A DNA stretch of 32,000 nt, taken from NCBI RefSeq assembly GCF_013365495.1, contig NZ_CP046580.1, forward strand, positions 540,001-572,000, given 5' to 3'. Below, in pieces: positions 1 to 9,932 of the stretch (its first letter is position 1; every line of letters begins with the position of its first letter). A program made the translations under genes and the position numbers. The stretch is from Candidatus Saccharimonadota bacterium (GTDB lineage: Bacteria; Pseudomonadota; Alphaproteobacteria; Rickettsiales; Anaplasmataceae). The notes beneath the pieces are model-generated. The model saw nothing but the letters and a program-made list of their open reading frames with translations, ran no database searches and was not told the DNA's origin.

Positions 1-1159
1 CTCTTAACCCTTTTATTCCATCAATACAGATTATGTTACTATCTTTTTTTTGTGCAGATATTATTTCTTCTATATTTTTAGACTGAATTTTAGTATCTAC
101 TATTAAATCATCATTAGACGGTACTATACTCATAACCTGAACTCCAGGTTGTATAACACCACCTTCAGTATGATATCTTATATCTGTAACTATTCCATCT
201 TGAGGTGATCTAATGACTGTACGCGCCAATGCATCTTCTGCGACTATCAGCCTCTCTTTTAAATCAGCAATAGATATACTGATTTCTTTAAGTTCAATGT
301 GTGTTCTTTCTTGAGAATCATTTCTTATATTGATAATTTCTAATTCATTTTCTTTAATTTTTTGCTGTACTTGAGATATTGCAGCACGGTAGCGGCCAAC
401 TTTACCTTCAATTTCAGCAAACTGCTTTTTTAAAGTCAAAATATGTTGTTTACCTATGTAGCCATTACTAAAAAGTTGTCTCTTTGTTACTAATTCTTCA
501 CCTATTAACTCATATTGCTTAAAAGCTGCATCTAATTGAAAATTCAATCCTACTAACTCATCATACAACTGTTTTATACGTTGTTGTAGCACATCAATTT
601 TTCCTAATATACTCTTGTGTTGAGAATAAAATAGTTTTATCTGATTTGTGATTATCCTATTTGTAAATTCACTGTTAGATAATTTTTTAATTTCATCAGG
701 AAATTTAATCTCGTCTAATCCTGCTTCAATAGCAATTAATCTTGCTTCGGTTGTTAAAAGTAACAAAAGTTTTTCTTTAATTATATTTAAATTCGCCTTC
801 TCATTAATGTTGTTTAATAAAACTAATGGCTCATTTTTCCTAACTTTTTGACCTTCTTTGACTAAAATTCTACTTATTATTCCCCCTCCTAAATGCTGAA
901 CTATCTTTCTATTCGAAGATACGATAACTTCTCCACTTGCATGCACTGCCCCATCGATTGGAGCCATAGCTGACCAAATACCTCCTACCCCAAAAAAAAT
1001 AAATATCACTACCAAACCAAAAAATAGTGGCCCCCACGTTACTTTAATGACTTCATTTATATTATTTCCATGGCGTTTCAATATGAAACTTGTTATTACA
1101 TCAATCGATACAAAAGTTTTATCCAAAATTTTTAGATATTTCTTTTTAATCCATTGCAT
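1..1159 (-). CDS. HlyD/AprE-family type I secretion membrane-fusion protein (N-terminal ~386 codons; 3' end runs off the window)
   Basis: Absent from the ORF track because no stop lies inside the window. My own minus-strand translation from ATG 1159-1157 stays open to position 1: MQWIKKKYLKILDKTFVSIDVITSFILKRHGNNINEVIKVTWGPLFFGLVVIFIFFGVGGIWSAMAPIDGAVHASGEVIVSSNRKIVQHLGGGIISRILVKEGQKV ... RSPQDGIVTDIRYHTEGGVIQPGVQVMSIVP ... It has one N-terminal TM anchor, a long K/E/Q/L-rich coiled-coil-like middle and HlyD-type barrel-sandwich motifs. Confidence 0.85.
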   Translation of the reverse strand, partial: MQWIKKKYLKILDKTFVSIDVITSFILKRHGNNINEVIKVTWGPLFFGLVVIFIFFGVGGIWSAMAPIDGAVHASGEVIVSSNRKIVQHLGGGIISRILVKEGQKVRKNEPLVLLNNINEKANLNIIKEKLLLLLTTEARLIAIEAGLDEIKFPDEIKKLSNSEFTNRIITNQIKLFYSQHKSILGKIDVLQQRIKQLYDELVGLNFQLDAAFKQYELIGEELVTKRQLFSNGYIGKQHILTLKKQFAEIEGKVGRYRAAISQVQQKIKENELEIINIRNDSQERTHIELKEISISIADLKERLIVAEDALARTVIRSPQDGIVTDIRYHTEGGVIQPGVQVMSIVPSNDDLIVDTKIQSKNIEEIISAQKKDSNIICIDGIKGLR

Positions 1160-1236
1160 ATTTATACTATCACTATAGTAAACAAAAACATCTTAAAAGA
1201 CATGGGTACTAATTTTTTAACTTATTTATCATACAT

Positions 1237-1258
1237 TATTGTACTAACATTGTACTAA
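1237..1258. repeat. 11-bp tandem direct repeat (tattgtactaa / cattgtactaa) in the divergent HlyD-fabG promoter spacer
   Basis: Read directly: 1237-1247 tattgtactaa, 1248-1258 cattgtactaa (10/11 identical). Confidence 0.5.
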
Positions 1259-1465
1259 TAATAGTATGAAAACTAAAAAATTTATGATTTAAGCACCTAA
1301 CTAAGGTTATAGAACGATCAAAATAATCTTTCTATTTTAGTAAAATACTATTTTAATACTTAATTTGGATCAAATTCCAAATAAGTATCAAAACTATTTA
1401 ATGAACATAGAAAATTTATTGCTAATTAGATAATGTTCTGTTAGTAATCAAAAAAATAAATTATT

Positions 1466-2200
1466 ATGTTTCAATTAGAAGACAGAAAATTTCTCATTAC
1501 TGGTGCTTCAGGTGGAATAGGTCAAGCGATTGTAAAAGTTATGTATAAAGCCGGAGCAACTTTATGCATCTCTGGTACAAAAAAAGAAACTCTTAAAGGA
1601 ATTGCTAAACAGTATAAAAAGAATATGTATGTACTTCCCTGTAACTTACTAAACGCTGAAGAAGTAAATCATCTAATAGATAAAGCAAGTAAGTTAATGA
1701 CAGGTTTTGATGGACTTATATGCAATGCAGGCATTACACAAGATAGTTTATTGCTAAAAATGACAGATGAAGCATGGCAGAAAGTAATTGATATTAACTT
1801 GGGCTCCACGTTTAAGTTGAGTAGAGAAGCGTGTAAGAAACTAATTAAAAATAATTGGGGAAGGATTATAAATATTTCTTCAGTAGTAGGGTTAATAGGA
1901 AACGCTGGACAGGCAAATTACGCAGCATCAAAAGCTGGAATAATAGCTATGAGCAAATCTATAGCAAAAGAAGTTGCCAGTCGAAATATAACAGTTAATT
2001 GTGTTGCTCCTGGATTTATAGTTACTAAAATGACTGAAGTTTTAAACAAAGAACAAAAGAAAAAAATATTAGATAATATTCCAATGAAAAAAATGGGAAC
2101 AGTAGAAGAAGTAGCAGCAGGAGTTTTATTTTTAGCAAGTAATGAAGCACAGTACATTACAGGACATGTGTTGAATATTAATGGTGGTTTATTTATGTAG
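1466..2200 (+). CDS. fabG: 3-oxoacyl-[acyl-carrier-protein] reductase (SDR family)
   Basis: 244-aa ORF with TGASGGIG cofactor motif, NAG, catalytic S...YAASKAG and PGFI motifs. Length and end (NINGGLFM) are typical of FabG. Confidence 0.9.
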   Translation: MFQLEDRKFLITGASGGIGQAIVKVMYKAGATLCISGTKKETLKGIAKQYKKNMYVLPCNLLNAEEVNHLIDKASKLMTGFDGLICNAGITQDSLLLKMTDEAWQKVIDINLGSTFKLSREACKKLIKNNWGRIINISSVVGLIGNAGQANYAASKAGIIAMSKSIAKEVASRNITVNCVAPGFIVTKMTEVLNKEQKKKILDNIPMKKMGTVEEVAAGVLFLASNEAQYITGHVLNINGGLFM

Positions 2201-2291
2201 AACACGACACTTATTCTGGTAGACAAGATATGGACTTTACTTTAAAATAAATATGCATAAATTGAAATTAGTTTAACTATAATAGTTATTA

Positions 2292-2657
2292 ATGATTAAA
2301 GGCAAGAGAATGAAATCTATAATAAGAAAATTTTTTAATGTCTTATATATGATATTACTTTTTTTAGGTTATCCAATCATTTCCAATGCTGGAGGTACTG
2401 ATATAGATGACACAACCGCTCAAGTAATATGTAATATTATTGGTTATATTTGGGGAATAGGTGGACCACTCATGACTGTAGTCATAATCGGCGCATCCTT
2501 GCTTGCAATATTTGGTAGAATGCCCTGGCCAGCTCTGTTTGCTTTAGGAGTATTTTGTGGTGTGTTTTTTGGTGCCAAGGCAATTATAATGAAAGTTATA
2601 CCTAATATGAATGATAGTGTAAAAGTTATGTTGGAAAACTGTGGAACAAGAAAATAG
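2292..2657 (+). CDS. virB2: VirB2/TrbC-family type IV secretion pilin-like protein
   Basis: 121-aa ORF. It has a signal peptide (MKSIIRKFFNVLYMILLFLGYPIISNA). The mature part GGTDIDDTTAQVICNIIGYIWGIGGPLMTVVIIGASLLAIFGRMPWPALFALGVFCGVFFGAKAII matches Agrobacterium VirB2 by eye (GGTD..., IC..I.G, helix, FGR, helix, FGA). The true start may be the second ATG at 2310 (MKSII...). Confidence 0.75.
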   Translation: MIKGKRMKSIIRKFFNVLYMILLFLGYPIISNAGGTDIDDTTAQVICNIIGYIWGIGGPLMTVVIIGASLLAIFGRMPWPALFALGVFCGVFFGAKAIIMKVIPNMNDSVKVMLENCGTRK

Positions 2658-2672
2658 CAAATTTTAATATAT

Positions 2673-3959
2673 TTAAAGTGCTATATCACTAAATTGCTTC
2701 ATGTCTTCAATTTGTAATAAATAAGGACTATCTTTTGGTAAAGCTTTAATAGCCAATTCAGAATATTTTATAAACTTTCTTAAATTACCTTCAATACACG
2801 CTTTTTTTGTCAAAGCAAAATAATGCATTGCTCTATCAGCACTATATTTGTATGCAATACTTAAATATTTCCAAACAAAAGCATTATTTGGTTCTATATT
2901 TGTTACTTGTTCCAAATAAAAAATTGCTTTCTTTACATTTCCATATAACAATAAAGTATGAGACAATGCAAGTTTCACCAGGTAGCTGTTTTTTTCAGAT
3001 AAATACTTCAATGATTCTTCATATGCCTTTATTGCTTCACTTAAGTTTCCAGCTTTATATAGCATTTCTGCTTTTAACTCATATAGATATGGATCATTAC
3101 GTGCCCTCTGGGCTAACGAATCAATTATAGCAACAGCTTCTTTTATTTTTCCTTGTCTATAGGAAACTATAGCATTTACACTTTCAGAATTATTTTTATA
3201 TTTACTAAATAATACATGAATAGGAGAAAAAAAAGAATCCAGCTTTATAACCATGCGCTTAAATTTTAATAGCTTATCCGCGAGAATTGGTTTTATATCA
3301 TTTTTAACTTTATAGCTCTGCACAGTAAGTATACGTTTATCGCTAAGTGGATGAGTGCGGAAGTGTCCTTCAGTATTTTCATACTCAATTTTCTTAAAAT
3401 AATTAAAGATTTCTTTTATTCCAAAATTATCATAACCAGATTCATCAAGGTACCTTAAAGCATAACTATCTGCTACACTTTCTTGTTCTTGAGAATAGTT
3501 AAAAAATAACCTCGAGCTAAGTGCTATTCCACTTAACAAAATTGCATTAGCAACTTGACGATCAATGATAATAGCAGAGACCAATCCTATCATGTAACTA
3601 ATCATTGCTATTGATTGCGAGTACTCTATAACACTACTCATTTGTAATGTATGACCAGCAGATATATGAGCTATTTCATGTGCCAATATACCAAGTAAAA
3701 CATAAGGTTCTGTCGAATATTGTAAAAGCCCTAAGTGAATAAAAATATTATTATTAATTACAAAAGCATTGACTGAATGATCATTAATTATAAAAACTTT
3801 TATCTGATCACCATCAATACCTGCAGCAGAAAAGAGAGGTTGTGCTAGTTCTTTTACCATTGCTTCCACTTCACTATCTCCTATAACACTAGCAGAATAA
3901 ATATTGTCACAGTATGTAAAAAAGAGTAATAAGATAAAAAAATTAATAATTTTTAACAT
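2673..3959 (-). CDS. Secreted M48-family Zn metalloprotease with C-terminal TPR repeats (BepA/YfgC-like)
   Basis: 428-aa ORF with an N-terminal signal peptide (MLKIINFFILLLFFTYCDNIYSA) and the HEIAHISAGH (HExxH) zinc motif. The C-terminal half has TPR-like A/Y/L periodic repeats (AIKAYEESLKY, AIFYLEQV, AYKYSADRAMHYFAL). Confidence 0.8.
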   Translation of the reverse strand: MLKIINFFILLLFFTYCDNIYSASVIGDSEVEAMVKELAQPLFSAAGIDGDQIKVFIINDHSVNAFVINNNIFIHLGLLQYSTEPYVLLGILAHEIAHISAGHTLQMSSVIEYSQSIAMISYMIGLVSAIIIDRQVANAILLSGIALSSRLFFNYSQEQESVADSYALRYLDESGYDNFGIKEIFNYFKKIEYENTEGHFRTHPLSDKRILTVQSYKVKNDIKPILADKLLKFKRMVIKLDSFFSPIHVLFSKYKNNSESVNAIVSYRQGKIKEAVAIIDSLAQRARNDPYLYELKAEMLYKAGNLSEAIKAYEESLKYLSEKNSYLVKLALSHTLLLYGNVKKAIFYLEQVTNIEPNNAFVWKYLSIAYKYSADRAMHYFALTKKACIEGNLRKFIKYSELAIKALPKDSPYLLQIEDMKQFSDIAL

Positions 3960-4034
3960 GAAAATTTTATGTCTATATAATTTTTAAGGATTTTATATTT
4001 TACACTTCACTTTAATTAAAATAAGTTATAAATA

Positions 4035-4688
4035 TTATCTTGACCTTTTAACGTACTTAATAAGTTTATCAATAGTAGTTAATTTAATTTTATGTTGTTC
4101 AGCAAATTCAAGCAACTGGGGTAAACGCATCATAGAGCCATCATCATTCACTAATTCACACCCTACAGCTGCATGATTAAGATTAACTAACTTTGCTATT
4201 TCAACACTTGCTTCAGTATGACCACTACGTGCTAAAACCCCGCTGTCATTTGCAATGATAGGAAAAACATGACCAGGGGTCACAATATCATCTTTAGTAC
4301 TCTTTTCATTAATAGCAATAAGTATTGTACGTGTTCTATCATTAGCAGAAACTCCTGTTGTAATACCATAACGTGCATCAATTGATGTAGTAAATGCAGT
4401 GTGAGGAGTAAGCTTTTCATCTACATTACTTCTTTTCATAAATTCAAGTCCTAGTCTATTCATATGAAGTTTTGTCATAGCTAAGAACACAATACCAGTA
4501 CCATATCTAATCATAAAAGCTACATGTTTGGGTTTCAGCTTTTCAGCTAAGATAATCAAATCGCCTTCATTTTCTCTATTTTCGTTATCAACTAGAATAA
4601 ATAATTTGCCAGACTGAGCATCCTCTAATACATCTTCTACAGAAGAAATATAGGATAGATCTATTGATGCATAAGTAGCCTGTACCAT
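4035..4688 (-). CDS. ribB: 3,4-dihydroxy-2-butanone-4-phosphate synthase (monofunctional, no RibA domain)
   Basis: 217-aa ORF with DNENRENEGDLI, GITTGVSANDR and RSGHTEA motifs of DHBP synthase. The length matches the RibB domain alone. Confidence 0.9.
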   Translation of the reverse strand: MVQATYASIDLSYISSVEDVLEDAQSGKLFILVDNENRENEGDLIILAEKLKPKHVAFMIRYGTGIVFLAMTKLHMNRLGLEFMKRSNVDEKLTPHTAFTTSIDARYGITTGVSANDRTRTILIAINEKSTKDDIVTPGHVFPIIANDSGVLARSGHTEASVEIAKLVNLNHAAVGCELVNDDGSMMRLPQLLEFAEQHKIKLTTIDKLIKYVKRSR

Positions 4689-4690
4689 AT

Positions 4691-5185
4691 TTATTTAAAT
4701 TCAATTTTAATTATTTTATATAATTTCTCTCCACTTGGCACTATTACTTCTACGCATTCACCAATTTTTTTACCAATTAAAGCACTGCCCAAGGGTGAAC
4801 TAGTAGATATTAACTGTTTTGAAACATCAGCCTCATACTCACCTACAATTTTATAAATATATTCTACTTCACTACTATCATCATTTAACATCTTTAATGT
4901 TACAGTTGCACCAAACATTACTGAATCACCAGATAAACTTTTTACCTCTATTACTTCTGCATGTGAAAGTTTATTTTCTAGCTCCATTATACGCCCTTCA
5001 ATAAATCCTAATCTTTCTCGTGCAGTATGATATTCAGCACTTTCAGATAGATCACCTTGATCACGAGCATCAGAAATAGCCTGTATAATAGAAGGTTTTT
5101 CTTCCTTTAATTTTTCAAGCTCAGCTTGCATACACCCAAAACCTTCTTTTGTTATAGGAAATTTTTTAACGACAGATGAAGTCAT
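4691..5185 (-). CDS. greA: Transcription elongation factor GreA
   Basis: 164-aa ORF with an N-terminal coiled-coil carrying DLSENAEY-like DLSESAEYHTARE, and a C-terminal FKBP-like domain (SSPLGSALIGKKIGE). Confidence 0.9.
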   Translation of the reverse strand: MTSSVVKKFPITKEGFGCMQAELEKLKEEKPSIIQAISDARDQGDLSESAEYHTARERLGFIEGRIMELENKLSHAEVIEVKSLSGDSVMFGATVTLKMLNDDSSEVEYIYKIVGEYEADVSKQLISTSSPLGSALIGKKIGECVEVIVPSGEKLYKIIKIEFK

Positions 5186-5194
5186 AACTACTAC

Positions 5195-6736
5195 CTAAAC
5201 ATAATTAAATTGAGTAATAAAACTACTCACGATATTCAAAATATCTTTCTCTATATCATTATCTATGTTATTTGACAACTTTTTTAAAAGTTCAGGATAC
5301 ATATTATGAAAATAATTAATAAGATCATGCTCAAATTGATTGACACTGCTTACTTGTATTTTACTTAACTGATCATATAGATTAGAAAAGATGTACATTA
5401 GTAATACCTGTTCCTCTATTGGCATAGGTGAATGCTGTTTTTGTTTTAACAATTCAATAAGATATTTGCCTTTATTTAAGGATAGCTGAATGCTAGCATC
5501 AAGGTCAGAGCTAAATTTTGCAAAGTCTTCTAATTCTCTATACTGAGCTAAACTGAGCTTTATAGAACCAGAAACTTCTTTTACAGATCTCAATTGTGCA
5601 GCAGAACCAATTCGTGAAACTGATAAACCTATATTTACTGCAGGACGAAACCCTTTATGAAATAACTCAGACTCAAGAAAAATTTGTCCGTCGGTAATCG
5701 AAATTACATTAGTTGGAATATATGAAGACACATCACCAGCCTGAGTTTCAATAATTGGCAAAGCAGTTAAAGATCCGTGACCTTTTCTACCAGACATTTT
5801 AGCAGCCCTTTCAAGTAAACGAGAATGCACATAAAATATATCTCCAGGATAAGCTTCACGACCAGGAGGACGTCTTAGCAATAAGGACATCTGTCTATAT
5901 GCTATAGCATGTTTTGATAAATCATCATATATCACTAAACAATGCATTTTATTGTCACGAAAAAATTCTCCAATAGTGCAACCAGCATAAGGTGCTAAAA
6001 ATTGCATAGGTGCACAGTCAGATGCACTAGCTATAACTACAGTTGTATACTCTAATGCTCCACTTTCTTTTAATTTATTTACTATTCTTGCTATCATTGA
6101 AGCTTTTTGTCCAATAGCAACATAAACACAGTAAATTTTTTGATTTTCATCTACTTTTTCATTAATCCTCTTCTGATTAATGATAATATCAAGCGCAATA
6201 GTAGTTTTCCCGATCTGTCTATCGCCTATGATTAATTCTCTCTGTCCTCTACCTATTGGAATTAATAAATCTATAATCTTAATTCCAGTTTGCAAAGGTT
6301 CATGTACGGATTTACGATCAATGATACCTGGTGCCCTAGACTCTATACTCATTTTATTACTAACTATAATCTCTCCACCATTGTCCATAGGATGGCCTAA
6401 CGCATTCACAACCCTTCCTAGTAATTCACGCCCTACAGGTACCTGTACAACATCACCACTACATCTCACAATGTCTCCTTCTTTTACATTACGATCATTA
6501 CCAAGCACTACTATCCCAGCAGTATCGTTATCTAAATCCAAAACTATCCCCTCTATACCACTTGCAAAAAATACCTTTTCTCCAAATTTTGCTTTTTCAA
6601 GCCCATAAACTAGTGCAATACCATCTGTGACTGAAATCACTTCACCTATATTTTCTTGTTTTATAGGATTATCAAATGCTTCAACTTTTTTCCGTATTGT
6701 ATTTACTATTTCAGAAACATTTATACTATTTTTCAT
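5195..6736 (-). CDS. atpA: F0F1 ATP synthase subunit alpha
   Basis: 513-aa ORF with Walker [10 protein letters not shown], plus [23 protein letters not shown] and [25 protein letters not shown]. Confidence 0.97.
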   Translation of the reverse strand: MKNSINVSEIVNTIRKKVEAFDNPIKQENIGEVISVTDGIALVYGLEKAKFGEKVFFASGIEGIVLDLDNDTAGIVVLGNDRNVKEGDIVRCSGDVVQVPVGRELLGRVVNALGHPMDNGGEIIVSNKMSIESRAPGIIDRKSVHEPLQTGIKIIDLLIPIGRGQRELIIGDRQIGKTTIALDIIINQKRINEKVDENQKIYCVYVAIGQKASMIARIVNKLKESGALEYTTVVIASASDCAPMQFLAPYAGCTIGEFFRDNKMHCLVIYDDLSKHAIAYRQMSLLLRRPPGREAYPGDIFYVHSRLLERAAKMSGRKGHGSLTALPIIETQAGDVSSYIPTNVISITDGQIFLESELFHKGFRPAVNIGLSVSRIGSAAQLRSVKEVSGSIKLSLAQYRELEDFAKFSSDLDASIQLSLNKGKYLIELLKQKQHSPMPIEEQVLLMYIFSNLYDQLSKIQVSSVNQFEHDLINYFHNMYPELLKKLSNNIDNDIEKDILNIVSSFITQFNYV

Positions 6737-6746
6737 GCATGATTCC

Positions 6747-7292
6747 TCATTTTAACATTTCAATTTTACTGAGATTAACTAGTTTATCTAAGTAATTTTT
6801 TAATGAAGCATCAATTAAATTAAAGCCATACCTTATCACAAAACCTCCAAGTATGGAAGGATCGATTACATTATCGACTTTTATTATTTTACCAAGAAAG
6901 CTTAAAGATTCAGTAATAATTTTTATATCTGATTTCTTTAATACCTCTGCTGATTTTATAGTAACTTCCAATTCGTTTTCATTTTCTTTTACAAGATCTA
7001 AAAATTTTTCTAGTATAAACAACAATAAACTAGAACGCCTATTTACAAATATTACTATAATAAATTTCACTAAACTCTCACTGAAATCTTTATTAATAGA
7101 AAGTATTATGTTTCTCTTATGCACAAGAGAAACAACAGGATGAGACAGATATATATAAATATCATATTGCTTTTTTAAAAAAGCCAATAGAAACTTCACT
7201 TCTTCTCTTATAACACCTAATCCACTTTTTGAAATATAAAACAGTGCCCTTGCATAAGATAAAATTAAACTATTATATTGAGTCCTTTTCAC
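6747..7292 (-). CDS. atpH: F0F1 ATP synthase subunit delta (OSCP)
   Basis: 181-aa ORF located 10 nt upstream of atpA. It has the OSCP-like end [29 protein letters not shown]. Confidence 0.85.
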   Translation of the reverse strand: MKRTQYNSLILSYARALFYISKSGLGVIREEVKFLLAFLKKQYDIYIYLSHPVVSLVHKRNIILSINKDFSESLVKFIIVIFVNRRSSLLLFILEKFLDLVKENENELEVTIKSAEVLKKSDIKIITESLSFLGKIIKVDNVIDPSILGGFVIRYGFNLIDASLKNYLDKLVNLSKIEMLK

Positions 7293-8095
7293 GTTGAATT
7301 ACCTAAATATACAAAACTAAAACATTTTTAATTTAACATATAATCTAACTCCTGAAAAGATTTAGACCTTAGCAAAATATGACACAAGTACAGTTACCAG
7401 CAAAACTTGTATAATGAAACTATATTAATTATTAAAAAAAACATGATAAATAAAGAAGCCAGTAATAAAACTAATCATAATAGATTTTTTAAAGAAAAGA
7501 TACTTTTTTTCAGCAAGATTATAAAAGAGTATTTTATCTAAACAATTGATATAAGCTATATAAATTTACGATCTAACCTAAACCTATAACAAAATCTCAC
7601 TTAAGTTACTTTTAAGAAAGTACATTCAAGTAGCGTATGTCCCTTAACTTTAGTATATCTTAATATAGTAGAATTTATTTCTTTCTTTAACTTTGATAAT
7701 TTACTACTTATAACCTTTTCTTTATAAAAATTACTACTACCTAATTAATTTGTTATATAAACTATATAAATAATTATTTGCTTAGTTTTTTCACTTCTAA
7801 GGCTTAAAATGTAATGATTTATCAAAAATTGTAATAAATTGTCAGATGTTTTCTGCTCGTCATTAAAATTTATTAATTAATGAAATAAGACAATTCATTA
7901 ATTGATACTTCAAACTTTATATCAAAACTATATCATTCTTTAACTTACAAGAAGCCTTGCCGAGGTTTTATTGTAGTTTATCGGTATTTCTTTTATAAAT
8001 TAAAGAATCTTATTTAAAGATACTTGAATTAATTTAATTTGAATAAACATTCAAAAACTAAATACTATATCACAATATGAAATAATTATAGAAAA

Positions 8096-8794
8096 ATGGA
8101 TAAATTTCAGTTAGTCAAAAAAGTATTCGATTCCGTAGCAAATCGTTACAATATTATGAATGATATAATGAGTTTTGGAATACACAGATTATGGAAAAAT
8201 AAAATGATAGATAACATGCATTTTATAAAAAATTCTAAAATTTTAGATATTGCTGGAGGAACTGGAGATATAGCAATAAGAATAGCAAAAAAAGAACCAA
8301 GCGCTCAAGTTACAATATGCGATATAAATCAAAATATGTTAAATAGAGGAATTGATAGAGCTATAAATTTAAATCAACTTAATTTTAGTTGGATATGTGC
8401 AAATGCAGAAAAATTACCATTCAAAGACCTAACATTTGATTATTGCACAATGGCTTTCGGTATTAGAAATATTTCCAATCGTAAAAAAGCTTTAAATGAG
8501 GCACACAGGGTACTAAAACCAAATGGCAAATTTATTTGTTTAGAATTTGCTCCTATGCATTATCAAAGTGAAATGTTTATTAAATTTTATGATTTATATT
8601 CATTTAAAGTCATTCCTAAAATTGGTAGTATAGTTGTTAAAGACAAAAGTTCTTATGAATATTTAGTAAGAAGTATCAGAAATTTTCCAACTCAAGCTAA
8701 ATTTAAAATGGAAATAACAGAAGTAGGCTTTAAAAATGTTAAGTTTTATAATATGAGCTATGGAATAGTAACACTATATATTGGAACAAAATAA
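8096..8794 (+). CDS. ubiE: Ubiquinone/menaquinone biosynthesis C-methyltransferase UbiE
   Basis: 232-aa ORF with [28 protein letters not shown] motif [15 protein letters not shown] and [12 protein letters not shown]. Confidence 0.9.
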   Translation: MDKFQLVKKVFDSVANRYNIMNDIMSFGIHRLWKNKMIDNMHFIKNSKILDIAGGTGDIAIRIAKKEPSAQVTICDINQNMLNRGIDRAINLNQLNFSWICANAEKLPFKDLTFDYCTMAFGIRNISNRKKALNEAHRVLKPNGKFICLEFAPMHYQSEMFIKFYDLYSFKVIPKIGSIVVKDKSSYEYLVRSIRNFPTQAKFKMEITEVGFKNVKFYNMSYGIVTLYIGTK

Positions 8795-9932
8795 ACATTA
8801 ATTTTGTCAAAACAACTCTACTATTACTTACTTACATGGTTTACTCATTAAAAAGTTTTACTTAGTTTATAAAATAAGTTACATAATTACAGAAAATCCT
8901 TATTATTTTCACATAAAATTATTTTATAACATTCTCTTTTAAAAGATAAATGGTAATATAAAAAATACATTTAATTTTTCATTTATAAATTTTACTATAA
9001 TTTTCCATTTTAATAATTAACATTATAATACTTCATATGACAAAATGTGCAAAACATAATGAGTACATCTTCTGAAGTTTTAGTTTAATTATCAAATTTA
9101 CAAGACTATTTTTATATTTAAAGATGCTAGTATCTACTTTAAAAGTAAAGCACAACATACTATACTGCCAATTCAATACATATATCTCACTTTATTTTTT
9201 TGCATTGTATTTTATACAGTATAATTTCAGTTAATTTATAATAATACAAATACAATAATTTTAAGTATTTTACACAACTGGTTCTCGTCATGTTTACTAT
9301 GACAATTTTTTTCACTAATATCATTAATGTTAACGTTAATGTTATTTCCTTAAACTAAGATTAGAAAGTATGAGTAAAACAAAAATTTGTACTATAAACA
9401 ATAAGCTGCAATTATACTAGCAAAGTTTATATTATATCCTCCATTCTATATAGTTAGAGATCATCTTTCCTCATAAAAGAAGATAAACTATTTGCAATTG
9501 ATGTTTTTACAACTACTAATTAATTCTAATGTATGCTAGACAGTAAGTAACTATTATCACTTTTTTTTATGTTTAATTGTTTTTTTTGTAACTTTTTTGC
9601 TACCCTAAATAGGTTGTTCTCCCACTCAATTAGCCAAATACTTTATAGTACTTACTGAAAGATAACTAAACTTTTAAGTTATAAGTTCTATTAAGTTTAT
9701 TAACTAACTATAGTATTTAATATTTAAAAATTTTACTAGAGTAATTGTACTATATAAATAATTATGTGAAATAAGTACCTGAATAGAATTAGTAGTTATA
9801 AAGTTAAAGTCCTTAGTATTAAAAATAACTAAATAACTATTGATAATAGTTATCATTACATTCTTCAAAAACCTTAGCTTTTTCATTTGAAATTTTCTTA
9901 TTCATTTTTCCGAATATTTTTTCGAACAAACA

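Noticed and set aside
9541-9658. A 9-bp inverted repeat (cagtaagta / tacttactg) bracketing the GC-richest ~100 bp of the ubiE-pheT spacer. This raised the idea of a MITE or a structured RNA.
   Set aside because: There is no further internal complementarity, no target-site duplication and no second copy in the window. A 9-bp inverted repeat within 150 bp is expected by chance at this composition.
7761-9765. A shared 17-mer, actatataaataattat, at 7761-7777 and 9749-9765.
   Set aside because: It is almost entirely A/T (a single C). By rough estimate, about one such match is expected by chance among ~8 kb of AT-rich spacer, and there is no extended flanking similarity.
9704-9886. A 60-aa minus-strand ORF in the ubiE-pheT spacer.
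   Set aside because: Its composition is AT-driven (N/I/K/F/Y/L-rich). It has no SD, no motif and no signal or TM pattern, and it sits at the length threshold expected by chance.
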